DNA of 55,285 nt from Gaiellaceae bacterium (GTDB lineage Bacteria; Actinomycetota; Thermoleophilia; Gaiellales; Gaiellaceae), in NCBI GenBank assembly GCA_035697545.1, contig DASSCT010000191.1, forward strand, positions 1 through 55,285. The letters run 5' to 3'. The translations under genes and the position numbers were made by a program. Positions 28,069-41,041 of the stretch are shown in pieces (the stretch's first letter is position 1; each line of letters opens with the position of its first letter). The notes beneath the pieces were generated by a model that was given only the letters and a program-made list of their open reading frames with translations, did not search any database and was not told where the DNA came from.

Positions 28069-28075
28069 CCCCTAC

Positions 28076-29902
28076 GTGGGTGACTCGGATCTTTGGCGGG
28101 AGCTCGGGCAGCAGCTGCGCGTCGATGCCGTTCGCGCGAGCGCGAACGCGGGCTCCGGCCACCCGACCTCCTCGATGTCCGCCGCCGATCTGGGGGCGGT
28201 GCTCCTCGCCGCCCACTTCCGCTACGACTTCGACGATCCGAAGAGTCCCGCGAACGATCGTCTGATCTTCTCGAAGGGACACGCGTCCCCGCTTGTGTAC
28301 GGACTCTTCCGCGCCGCCGGCGCGCTCTCGGAAGAGGAGTTCATGACCTACCGGCAGTTCGGGAGCAGGTTGGAGGGGCATCCGACGCCGGTCCTGCCCT
28401 GGGTCGACGTTGCGACAGGGTCCCTCGGGCAGGGGCTGCCGATCGGTGTCGGGGTCGCACTCGCCGGCAAGCGGCTCGACCGGCTTCCCTTCCGCGTCTG
28501 GGTCATCTGCGGCGACAGCGAGATGGCCGAGGGCTCGATGTGGGAGGCGGCCGAGCACGCCGCGTTCTACGAGCTCGACAACTTGACGGCGATCATCGAC
28601 GTCAACCGCCTCGGCCAGCGCGGTGAGACGATGCACGGATGGGATCTCTCGTCGTACTCCGAGCGGCTGCGCGCCTTCGGCTGGCACACGATCGAGATCG
28701 ACGGCCACGACGTCGAGCAGATCGACGCGGCCTACCGGGAAGCTGAGTCCACGGACAAGCCGACTGCCGTGGTGGCCAGGACGATCAAAGGCAAGGGGTA
28801 CTCGAAGGTCGAGAACCAGAACGGCTGGCACGGGAAGGCAGTAGCCGAAGAGGCGATTCAGGAGCTGGGCGGCCTGCGGAACATCACGGTGGACGTCCCG
28901 AAGCCCGAGCCAATCGAGCGCCACCGCTTCGAGCCGACGCCGCAGGAGTGGCCGAGCTACGAGGTCGGGTCGAAGGTCTCCACCCGGAAGGCCTACGGAG
29001 AGGCGCTCGCGGCGCTCGGCGGTGAGCGCGGCGACGTCGTCGCGCTCGACGGCGAGGTTTCGAACTCGACGTTCTCCGAGATCTTCCGCGACGCGCATCC
29101 GGAGCGGTTCTTCGAGATGTACATCGCCGAGCAGCAGATGATCGCCGCCGCGGTCGGGATGCAGGTGCTCGGCTGGAAGCCGTTTGCCTCGACGTTCGCG
29201 GCCTTCACCTCCCGTGCCTACGACTTCGTCCGCATGGCGGCGGTCAGCCGGGCGACGATCAAGGTCTGCGGATCACATGCCGGGGTCTCGATTGGCGAGG
29301 ACGGCCCGTCGCAGATGGGCCTCGAGGACCTGGCCGAGTTCCGCGCCGTCCACAGCTCGACCGTCCTCTACCCGTGCGACGGCAACCAGACGACCAAGCT
29401 CGTACGGGCGATGGCCGACCTGGACGGGATCTCATATCTGCGGACGACCCGGGGGGACACACCGGTGCTCTACGAGCCGGACGAGGAGTTTTCGGTCGGC
29501 GGGAGCAGGACCCTCCGCGCGCCGGACGATGAGGACGTCACGATCATCGCGGCCGGGATCACGCTGCATGAAGCGCTCGAGGCGGCAGACACCTTGGGCT
29601 CGGAGGGCATCTCGGCGCGCGTGATCGACTGCTACTCCGTCAAGCCGATCGATGCCGAGACGCTTCGGAGCATCTCGACCCCGATCGTCACCGCAGAGGA
29701 CCACTGGGCCGAGGGCGGGCTCGGGGAGGCAGTTCTCGCCGCGCTCGCCGATGTCGAAGACCATCCGCCGGTCTCCCTGCTCGCCGTACGCGAGATGCCG
29801 CACTCCGGCAAGCCGGCAGAGCTGCTCGCCGCCGCCGGGATCGACGCCGAGCACATCGCTGCGGCGGCGCGTTCGCTCGTCCGCGCAGGCGCGCCCGTTT
29901 AG
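28076..29902 (+). CDS. tkt: Transketolase (about 608 aa form)
   Basis: From the GTG at 28076: VGDSDLWRELGQQLRVDAVRASANAGSGHPTSSMSAADL..., with GDSEMAEGSMWEA and GEDGPSQMGLED. The ORF sequence upstream is antisense to rpiB. Confidence 0.9.
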   Translation: MGDSDLWRELGQQLRVDAVRASANAGSGHPTSSMSAADLGAVLLAAHFRYDFDDPKSPANDRLIFSKGHASPLVYGLFRAAGALSEEEFMTYRQFGSRLEGHPTPVLPWVDVATGSLGQGLPIGVGVALAGKRLDRLPFRVWVICGDSEMAEGSMWEAAEHAAFYELDNLTAIIDVNRLGQRGETMHGWDLSSYSERLRAFGWHTIEIDGHDVEQIDAAYREAESTDKPTAVVARTIKGKGYSKVENQNGWHGKAVAEEAIQELGGLRNITVDVPKPEPIERHRFEPTPQEWPSYEVGSKVSTRKAYGEALAALGGERGDVVALDGEVSNSTFSEIFRDAHPERFFEMYIAEQQMIAAAVGMQVLGWKPFASTFAAFTSRAYDFVRMAAVSRATIKVCGSHAGVSIGEDGPSQMGLEDLAEFRAVHSSTVLYPCDGNQTTKLVRAMADLDGISYLRTTRGDTPVLYEPDEEFSVGGSRTLRAPDDEDVTIIAAGITLHEALEAADTLGSEGISARVIDCYSVKPIDAETLRSISTPIVTAEDHWAEGGLGEAVLAALADVEDHPPVSLLAVREMPHSGKPAELLAAAGIDAEHIAAAARSLVRAGAPV

Positions 29903-30795
29903 GCCGCGGCTCTTCGGAGCTGCTCGTCCAGCGGCACGAGCGCCACGTCGAAGGTCTCGACTGCATCGTCGTTCGACACGACGCTGTCGCCGGCCTCCAG
30001 CATCGTGAGGAGATCACGCGTCAGCGGGATCGATCCCGGCAGCCGCTCGGTCACGAGGGCCGGCACCCGCATGAGCCCGATCGGCATGTGGACCGTCGGC
30101 CGGCGTCGGATCCCGAGCGCTGCCCGGATCCGCTGCCAGAGCTCGTTCCAGGTGACGACATCGGGCCCGCCGATCTCGAACGTGCGCTTTTCGGCCGCCG
30201 GTTGATCAATCGATTGCGCGAAATAGGCGCCGACGTCGTCGATCCAGATCGGCTGGATCCGCTGCTCGCCGCTGCCCATGATCGCAGTGAACGGCGAGAG
30301 CTTCGCCATCTTGAGGAACGTCGGGAGAATGCCGCCGTCGCGCGCGAAGACGAAGCTCGGCCGGAAGATCACGTGCTCGAGCGCCGAGCCCTTCAGGTCT
30401 TGCTCCATCGTCCACTTGGCGTTGTAGTAGGGCACGAGATCCTTCGTCTCCTCGGTGACGCCCAGCGCGCTCATCAGGACGAAGCGGCGGGCGCCGACCT
30501 CGTTCGCAGCCGCGATCAGGTTTCGCGTGCCGTCGATCATCACGCGCTGGAACTGCTCCGGCTTGCCCTGCCGAATCGCGACGAGGTGGACGACAACGTC
30601 GATGCCCTGCACCGCCTGCCGGACGCTCGGGAGGTCGGTGACGTCGCCCTGAGCCGCCTCCTGGCAACGGATGCCGGCCTCCTTCCACTTCCCAGGCTTG
30701 CGCTCCAGCACGCGGACCTCATGGCCGGCGTCGACGATCGCGTTTGCGACTGCAGGGCCGACGAAGCCGGTCGCGCCGGTGACGAGGACGTTCAC
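29899..30795 (-). CDS. NAD(P)H-binding atypical SDR (NmrA/NDUFA9-like)
   Basis: [16 protein letters not shown] Rossmann motif. 298 aa. Confidence 0.8.
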   Translation of the reverse strand: MNVLVTGATGFVGPAVANAIVDAGHEVRVLERKPGKWKEAGIRCQEAAQGDVTDLPSVRQAVQGIDVVVHLVAIRQGKPEQFQRVMIDGTRNLIAAANEVGARRFVLMSALGVTEETKDLVPYYNAKWTMEQDLKGSALEHVIFRPSFVFARDGGILPTFLKMAKLSPFTAIMGSGEQRIQPIWIDDVGAYFAQSIDQPAAEKRTFEIGGPDVVTWNELWQRIRAALGIRRRPTVHMPIGLMRVPALVTERLPGSIPLTRDLLTMLEAGDSVVSNDDAVETFDVALVPLDEQLRRAAA

Positions 30796-31367
30796 CTGAC
30801 GCGCTCGCGGAAGTTCTGCCAGTACCTGCTCGGGGTCGGGCCCTGCTGTCCCTGATACTTCGAGCCGAGCTCGCCGGAGCCGTACGGCCGCTCGGCCGGC
30901 TCAGAGAGCTGTACGAACGAGAGCTGGCCGATCTTCATCCCGTGGTAGATCGTGATCGGGAGGTTCGCGACGTTCGAGAGCTCCAGCGTGACGTGGCCGT
31001 CCCAGCCGGGATCGATGAACCCGGCGGTCGAGTGGATCAGCAGGCCGAGCCGCCCCAGGCTCGACTTCCCTTCCAGCCTGGCCACGAGGTCGTCCGGAAG
31101 GACGATGCGCTCGAGCGTCGAGGCGAGCACGAACTCGCCCGGGTGGAGGATGAACGGCGCCTCCTCGCCGACCTCGACCAGCTCTGTGAGATCCTCCTGC
31201 GGCTCCTTCACGTCGATGAACGGGTATCGCGCGTTGTGGAAGACGCGGAAGTAGCGGTCGACGCGGACGTCCACGCTGGAGGGCTGGAGCAGCGACTCGT
31301 CGTACGGCTCGATCAGGATCCGACCCTCCTCGATGAGTCGCCGGATCGTGCGGTCTGAGAGGACCAT
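30792..31367 (-). CDS. dcd: dCTP deaminase
   Basis: From the ATG at 31367: [21 protein letters not shown]...[31 protein letters not shown] overlap with the upstream reductase gene. The rest of the 381-aa ORF is an alternate frame. Confidence 0.93.
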   Translation of the reverse strand: MVLSDRTIRRLIEEGRILIEPYDESLLQPSSVDVRVDRYFRVFHNARYPFIDVKEPQEDLTELVEVGEEAPFILHPGEFVLASTLERIVLPDDLVARLEGKSSLGRLGLLIHSTAGFIDPGWDGHVTLELSNVANLPITIYHGMKIGQLSFVQLSEPAERPYGSGELGSKYQGQQGPTPSRYWQNFRERVR

Positions 31368-32248
31368 CAGAGCGTCGCCCGTGCCGCGCGGCTGAGATCG
31401 CCGAACTCGGTATCCGTGAGCTCGACCGCTGCCGAGGCGATGTTTTCCTCGAGATGCTCGAGCGACGCGGTGCCGGGGATCGGAAGCATCACAGGCGAGC
31501 GCTGCAGCAGCCAGGCGATCGCGACCTGTGCGCGGGTCAATCCGTGCGCGAACGCAACGTCGGTCAGCCGCCCCACGCCGCGCGTCAGCTCGCCGAACGC
31601 AAGCGGGAACCACGGCAGAAAGGCGATCCCGTCGCGCTCGCAGGCTTCGAGGACGCCTTCCGAGTGGCGGTCGGCAAGGTTGTAGCGGTTCTGCACCGAC
31701 ACGATCGGGACGATCTCGCGCGCCCTGGCGAGCTGGCGCGCGTCGACGTTCGAGACGCCGACCTGCCGGATCTTGCCCTCCTCCCTGAGCTCCGCGAGCG
31801 CGCCGACGGACTCCTCGAGCGGCACGGATGGATCGACGGAGTGCAGCTGGTAGAGGTCGATCCGCTCGACGCGGAGGCGGCGCAGGCTGCCCTCGCAGGC
31901 GGCCCGCAGGCTCTCCGGCCGTCCGTCGTGGAGCCACTCACCTCGCCGTTCGTGGCTCAGGCCACCCTTGGTCGCGATGACGAGGTCGTCGGAATAGGGA
32001 TGCAGCGCGTCGGCGATCTGGCGCTCGTTGATCTCGGGGCCGTACGAGTCCGCGGTGTCGATGAAGTTGACGCCGAGCTCGACGGCTCGGCGGAGCACGG
32101 CCAGCGCGTTCTCCGGGTCCTCGGGCTCGCCGATGACGCCCGGGCCGGTGAGGCGCATGGCGCCGAACGCCATGCGATTCACGGTCAGGTCGCCGAGGGT
32201 GATCGTGCCGGCCGCGGCGGCAGGCTGGGTCGTCGGCTCCGTTGACAC
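31367..32248 (-). CDS. Aldo/keto reductase
   Basis: [23 protein letters not shown] and [14 protein letters not shown] motifs. Confidence 0.9.
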   Translation of the reverse strand: MSTEPTTQPAAAAGTITLGDLTVNRMAFGAMRLTGPGVIGEPEDPENALAVLRRAVELGVNFIDTADSYGPEINERQIADALHPYSDDLVIATKGGLSHERRGEWLHDGRPESLRAACEGSLRRLRVERIDLYQLHSVDPSVPLEESVGALAELREEGKIRQVGVSNVDARQLARAREIVPIVSVQNRYNLADRHSEGVLEACERDGIAFLPWFPLAFGELTRGVGRLTDVAFAHGLTRAQVAIAWLLQRSPVMLPIPGTASLEHLEENIASAAVELTDTEFGDLSRAARATL

Positions 32249-32305
32249 CCGCAGGAAACTAGCGCAGAGTCAGGCGGTCGAGAGAACGAAGGGAGACGAT
32301 TGACC

Positions 32306-32761
32306 ATGGGCGCGCTGCGCACGTTTTTCCGCTGGTGGATGGTGTTGATGCTTGCGGCCGTCGTCCTCCAGATCGCCTTTGCGGGCTACGGCGCGTTCGA
32401 CACAGCCGACAAGGTCTCCAACGGAACGGTCGACGAGCAGTCGTTCGAGGACAGCTTCGGGCTCCACATCGGCTTCGGCTACCTCGTCATCCTGATGGGT
32501 CTGCTGACGTTCATCTTCGCGCTCGCCGCCCGCCCCGGACGTTCGCGCGTTCTGCATGCCCTCGGCATCTTCGTGCTCCTGATCGTCCAGCTGCTCCTGG
32601 CGTGGACGGGCGCCGCGGTGCCAGGCGTCTTCGGCGCGCTCCACCCGCTGAACGCGTTCCTCATCCTCGGGGCAGTCGCCGGGCTCACGGTGCGAATGTG
32701 GCGGGAGCCGGTGAAGGAGACGGCCCTCGAGGCCGAGCCGGCCGTTTCTCCGCCGGCGTAA
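32306..32761 (+). CDS. Hypothetical integral membrane protein (4 TM)
   Basis: The ATG at 32306 lies 9 nt after GGGAGA. The ORF track's TTG at 32300 is also possible. The profile is hydrophobic and I do not securely recognise a family. Confidence 0.65.
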   Translation: MGALRTFFRWWMVLMLAAVVLQIAFAGYGAFDTADKVSNGTVDEQSFEDSFGLHIGFGYLVILMGLLTFIFALAARPGRSRVLHALGIFVLLIVQLLLAWTGAAVPGVFGALHPLNAFLILGAVAGLTVRMWREPVKETALEAEPAVSPPA

Positions 32762-32768
32762 CCGAGCT

Positions 32769-34124
32769 CTACTCCGGGTGGTTGTCGGGGCCGTCACCGA
32801 GACGGAAGCGCGTCGTCACGCCTTCGTAGGCCACGTGCATCGTCAGCCCGTCCCGCGCATGCGGGAGGTTGTGGCAGTGGTCCATCCAGATGCCCGGGTT
32901 CTCGGCGCGGAAGGCGACCTCGTACTCCTCGTGGCCTTTGACGTTGAGGGTGTCCACCCACCAGGGGCTTCCGGTGGTCGGCTTGCCGTCGCGTCTCAGG
33001 ACGAGGACGTGGTGGCCGTGGAGATGCATCGGGTGGACGCTGCCGGTGTCGTTGGCGATCTTGAACTTGACCAAGTCGCCTCGGGCGACCATGTACATCG
33101 GCGTCTCCGGAAAGAGCTTTCCGTTGATGGCCCAGTGATAGCCGGGACGGCCGTTCAGGAAGCCGACCTTCTTCCCGATCTTCAGGACGAAGCTGCGGTC
33201 GAAGTGGGTCGTGGAGCCGAAGGGCGTGGGTTTCGGCCGGCCGTAGCCCAAGGGATCGAAGTCTCCACCTTGGAGCTCCTCGATCTGGCGATCGCGGCCG
33301 AAGTAGAGCGCCGTCGAGCTCCCGTCGATGCTGAGACGGACCCCTGAACCGCGGTACCCGGGCATGACGAACGTGACGTCGTACCTCGCGCCGGCACCGA
33401 GCAGCAGCTTCTCGCGTTCAAGCAACGTCGGGCCGTTCACATCGGTGCCGTCGATCGCGGCCACGCGGAACTGCGCCCCTGCCAGCGAGAACCGTTCCGC
33501 GAAACTGTTGGAATTGACGAGCCGCAGACGGACAGGCGTCAAGGGATCGATGAGCCGCCGTTGGACTCCGACGCGCGATCCCAGTGCCGTTCCGCCTGAG
33601 AAGTCGTGCGCGATGACCGTCAGGTCGAGCGCGCGACGGCGCGGCTGCTGTCTCGGCTCGATCACGAACGCCCCGTAGAGGCCGCGCCGGACCTGCGTCG
33701 ACGAGACCTGGTGCGAGTGGTACCAGAACGTCCCGCGCTGTTCCGCGCGGAAGCGGTACGTGTAGCGCTCGCCCGGCATCACGGCGTCCTGGGTCACGCC
33801 GGCGACGCCGTCCTCCGCGTTCGGAACGTCCACGCCGTGCCAGTGGATCGTCGCGCCGTCGTCGATGTCCTCGTTCACCAAGATGGCTTCGACCAAGTCC
33901 CCCTGGTGGACGCGGATCTCCGGCCCTGGCACCTGTCCGTTGAACGTCCAGGCCTCGGTCGTCCGGCCCGGGGCGAGCTCCACCTCGGCCTTTCGCGCCA
34001 CCAGCGTGATCCGGTAGTCCGGCTTGCCGGACCGCGGCCCGGTCAGCTGCTCGACGCTCACTCCTCCATGGCCGCTGTGGTCGTGTGCCGGCCCTCCGCC
34101 GAAGTCGGTCGAGCCGAACTCCAT
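32769..34124 (-). CDS. Multicopper oxidase (3-domain, CopA/laccase-like); the true N-terminus probably extends to about 34241
   Basis: Copper sites HWHGV, WYHSH, HPMHLHGH and HCHNLPHARDGLTM. A signal/anchor helix is encoded in frame upstream of the first ATG (see findings). Confidence 0.9.
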   Translation of the reverse strand: MEFGSTDFGGGPAHDHSGHGGVSVEQLTGPRSGKPDYRITLVARKAEVELAPGRTTEAWTFNGQVPGPEIRVHQGDLVEAILVNEDIDDGATIHWHGVDVPNAEDGVAGVTQDAVMPGERYTYRFRAEQRGTFWYHSHQVSSTQVRRGLYGAFVIEPRQQPRRRALDLTVIAHDFSGGTALGSRVGVQRRLIDPLTPVRLRLVNSNSFAERFSLAGAQFRVAAIDGTDVNGPTLLEREKLLLGAGARYDVTFVMPGYRGSGVRLSIDGSSTALYFGRDRQIEELQGGDFDPLGYGRPKPTPFGSTTHFDRSFVLKIGKKVGFLNGRPGYHWAINGKLFPETPMYMVARGDLVKFKIANDTGSVHPMHLHGHHVLVLRRDGKPTTGSPWWVDTLNVKGHEEYEVAFRAENPGIWMDHCHNLPHARDGLTMHVAYEGVTTRFRLGDGPDNHPE

Positions 34125-34250
34125 CGCCGAGTACGAGCTCGGGAGCCGGCTGTCCCACCAGGCCTTGCCAACCCAGGCCGCCAGGGCCAGGGAGGCCAGA
34201 ATCCCCAGGCCGATCAGCGACCGGAGCAGCAGAGCGCGGATACGTCCACG

Positions 34251-35303
34251 CTAGACCAAGGAGAGCTGGCGATGGGGCTCGAAGCCCGAGAGGCCGACTC
34301 CGATGAGCCTCAGGGCACCCGGCCGGTCGGCGAGCGCGCGGTCCAGCAGCGTGCAGGCGAGCTCCCAGATCCGGTCCGCGTCGTCGATGCCGACGGGAAG
34401 CGTCGTCGAGCGGCTCCTGATTGCGAAGTCCGGGTAGCGCACCTTCGTCGTCACGGTCCTGGCCGTCTCTTGCTTCTTCTCGAGGTGACCGGCAAGAGCG
34501 TCAGCCATTCGGCGGAGCTCGGCGCGAAGCTGCTCGACGTCCGAGATGTCTCGGGCGAAGGTCTCCTCCTGGCTGATGGATACGCGTTGGACCTGAAGCT
34601 CGAGGCCGCGGGGATCGATTCCGCGGGCTCGGGCGCGGAGGAGCCTGCCGACCTTGCCGGCAAGGAGCGCGCGCAGTTGCTCGTCCGAGACGGCGGCGAG
34701 CGCTCCGATGGTCTCGATGCCGGCGGCGCGCAGGCGAGCCTCGGCGCGCGGGCCGACACCAGGGAGACGGCGCACGTCGAACGGCGCGAGGAAAGCGGCT
34801 TCCCGGCCGGGTCGCACGACGACGAGGCCGCCCGGCTTGCGCTGGTCGCTCGCGATCTTGGACACGACCTTGCAGGTCGAGACGCCGAGCGAGCAGGTCA
34901 GACTCGTCGCGCCGCGGACGGCTGTCTGCACCGCTTCGGCGACTCGCCGGGCCTCGCCGAAGTCCGCGGCCATCTCGCCGACATCCAGGTAGCCCTCGTC
35001 GAGCCCTGTGCGCTCGACGGTCGGCACCACCTGTCGAACGGTGTCCCATACCGCCTTCGAGTAGGTCGCGTAGACCGAGTGACGCGGGCGGACGAAGACG
35101 GCGTGCGGGCAGCGGCGGAGCGCCTCGGCGCAGCTCATCGCCGAGTGGATCCCGAAGCGGCGGGCGACGTAGTTCGCTGTCGCCACGACGCCGCGCCCGT
35201 GTGGATCGCCTCCGACGACGAGCGGCTTCGTCCGCAGCGTCGGATCCTCGAGCTCCTCCACAGCCGCGAAGAAGGCGTCGAGGTCGAGGTGCGCGAGGAT
35301 CAC
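34251..35303 (-). CDS. dinB: DNA polymerase IV (Y-family)
   Basis: ILAHLDLDAFFAAVE, VVGG, SLDEGYLDV-like (GLDEGYLDV) and SIGVS-like motifs. GTG start. Confidence 0.95.
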   Translation of the reverse strand: MILAHLDLDAFFAAVEELEDPTLRTKPLVVGGDPHGRGVVATANYVARRFGIHSAMSCAEALRRCPHAVFVRPRHSVYATYSKAVWDTVRQVVPTVERTGLDEGYLDVGEMAADFGEARRVAEAVQTAVRGATSLTCSLGVSTCKVVSKIASDQRKPGGLVVVRPGREAAFLAPFDVRRLPGVGPRAEARLRAAGIETIGALAAVSDEQLRALLAGKVGRLLRARARGIDPRGLELQVQRVSISQEETFARDISDVEQLRAELRRMADALAGHLEKKQETARTVTTKVRYPDFAIRSRSTTLPVGIDDADRIWELACTLLDRALADRPGALRLIGVGLSGFEPHRQLSLV

Positions 35304-35309
35304 AGGATC

Positions 35310-35315
35310 ACTGTA
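35310..35315 (-). promoter_or_regulatory. -10-like hexamer TACAGT, 6 nt upstream of the dinB GTG (suggests a leaderless transcript)
   Basis: The minus strand reads GGTTCG-TACAGT-GATCCT-GTG. It fits TANNNT and there is no Shine-Dalgarno sequence. Confidence 0.4.
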
Positions 35316-35365
35316 CGAACCGGCCCTGCCGTTCTGCCCGGAGCCGCCCGGAGGGGCCAGCGCTC

Positions 35366-35378
35366 GGTGCCAGGCACG
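35366..35378. repeat. Palindrome GGTGCCAGGCACG, copy 2
   Basis: It lies in the 191-nt pdxH/dinB spacer. The 12-nt core is identical to the copy at 35471 and to the reverse complement of 220-232. Confidence 0.6.
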
Positions 35379-35470
35379 AAGCCACGCCCAAAAGGGCCAG
35401 AGCGCGGGTCAACCAGGGCCGTGACGCGCCAAGCCGTCGGCCCGGACGTTGTCCGCTCGGGACGGCGCCC

Positions 35471-35483
35471 GGTGCCAGGCACG
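35471..35483. repeat. Palindrome GGTGCCAGGCACG, copy 3
   Basis: Same spacer, 105 nt from copy 2, in direct orientation. Confidence 0.6.
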
Positions 35484-35494
35484 GGGACATTGGC

Positions 35495-36109
35495 TCACGG
35501 AGACAGTCGCGTGATCGTCCACTCCGGACCAGGTTGGCGCTCGTAGCGGAAGCGATCATGGAGGCGGTTCTCGCGGTGCTGCCAAAACTCCCACGCCTCC
35601 GGCTCGAGGCGATAGCCGCCCCAGTGCGGCGGGAGCGGCACGTCGCGGCCCTCGTACGCCCGCTCCAGTTCGGCCACCCGCGCCTCGAGCTCGTCGCGTG
35701 AGCCGAGCGCCTCGCTCTGCGCCGAGGCCCATGCGGCGATCTGCCCGCCACGCGGACGGGTCCGGAAGTACTCGGCGGACTCCTCGTCCGACACGCGCTC
35801 GACCGGTCCTTCGATCCGCACTTGCCGACCCAGCGCGTGCCAGTAGAAGAGGAGTGCGCCGCGTCCCGTCGCGGCCAACTCTCGCGCCTTCCGGCTCCCG
35901 TGGCCGGTGTGGAACTTAAAGCCTCGCTCGTCGAAACCCTTCGCCAGCACCATGCGCACCGACGGCCGACCGTCCTCGGTCGCCGTCGCCAGCGCAACGG
36001 TCTCCGGAAACTCCACGACGCGGCCGGCCTCCTCGTACCAGCGCCGGAACTGACGCAGCGGATCGGTGTCGAGATCGCGGCGCCGCAGAGGCTGATCGCG
36101 GGCGCTCAT
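35495..36109 (-). CDS. pdxH: Pyridoxamine 5'-phosphate oxidase
   Basis: From the ATG at 36109: ...DPLRQFRRWYEEA...ALATATEDGRPSVRMVLAKGFDERGFKFHT...QVRIEG...YFRTRPRGGQIAAWAS...WGGYRL.PE..EFWQ. Confidence 0.93.
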   Translation of the reverse strand: MSARDQPLRRRDLDTDPLRQFRRWYEEAGRVVEFPETVALATATEDGRPSVRMVLAKGFDERGFKFHTGHGSRKARELAATGRGALLFYWHALGRQVRIEGPVERVSDEESAEYFRTRPRGGQIAAWASAQSEALGSRDELEARVAELERAYEGRDVPLPPHWGGYRLEPEAWEFWQHRENRLHDRFRYERQPGPEWTITRLSP

Positions 36110-36150
36110 GAATACGGAGTATTCAGTATGCACAGGGCCGGTCGCTCCGC

Positions 36151-36156
36151 TATCGT
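36151..36156 (+). promoter_or_regulatory. -10-like hexamer TATCGT, 7 nt upstream of the ATG at 36164
   Basis: It fits TANNNT and supports 36164 as a leaderless gabT start. Confidence 0.35.
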
Positions 36157-36163
36157 CGGCGCC

Positions 36164-40874
<4,711 letters not shown>

Positions 40875-40930
40875 TCGGGGGCCGCGAAACGCACTCCAGC
40901 GAGAGCCGAATCTAAGTCCCGGCGTGTCAA

Positions 40931-40943
40931 GGGGTCTGACCCC
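40931..40943. repeat. Palindrome GGGGTCTGACCCC, with a one-mismatch copy GGAGTCTGACCCC at 40985-40997
   Basis: Two copies 54 nt apart in the 167-nt convergent spacer. The architecture (6 nt, T, 6 nt) matches the GGTGCC-W-GGCACC motif. Confidence 0.5.
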
Positions 40944-41041
40944 AAGCCGAAGCGCGATCGGCGTCGTTCGAGTCCTCACGCCGTGGAGTCTGACCCCTAA
41001 CGAGCCACGACGCCAATGCTGGGGCGTTCGGCCAAGCGCTG

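Noticed and set aside
34239-34253. Stop-codon read-through or a DinB-oxidase fusion, since the dinB TAG is in frame with the oxidase N-terminal helix.
   Set aside because: There is no recoding signal or biological rationale. A cytoplasmic polymerase fused to an exported oxidase is implausible. Non-canonical initiation is the simpler explanation.
35304-35345. An SOS (LexA) box upstream of dinB.
   Set aside because: The spacer has CGAAC...GTTCT/GTTCG half-sites, but they are 10 nt apart rather than the 4 nt of the actinobacterial TCGAAC-N4-GTTCGA box.
35366-35483. Reading the GGCACG part of the palindrome as a sigma-54 -24 element.
   Set aside because: No GC dinucleotide lies at the required -12 spacing, and Actinomycetota are not known to encode sigma-54.
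40893-40989. A tRNA-like element: a T-loop-like GTTCGAGTCC (40966-40975), a 6-bp acceptor-like pairing ACTCCA/TGGAGT, and a GTCTGAC loop with U33/A37-like positions.
   Set aside because: The T-stem does not pair (only G53-C61 and one other pair). No D-arm is evident, and the 97-nt span does not fold into a cloverleaf by hand. It is more likely a coincidence within a palindromic spacer. tRNAscan-SE or ARAGORN would confirm.
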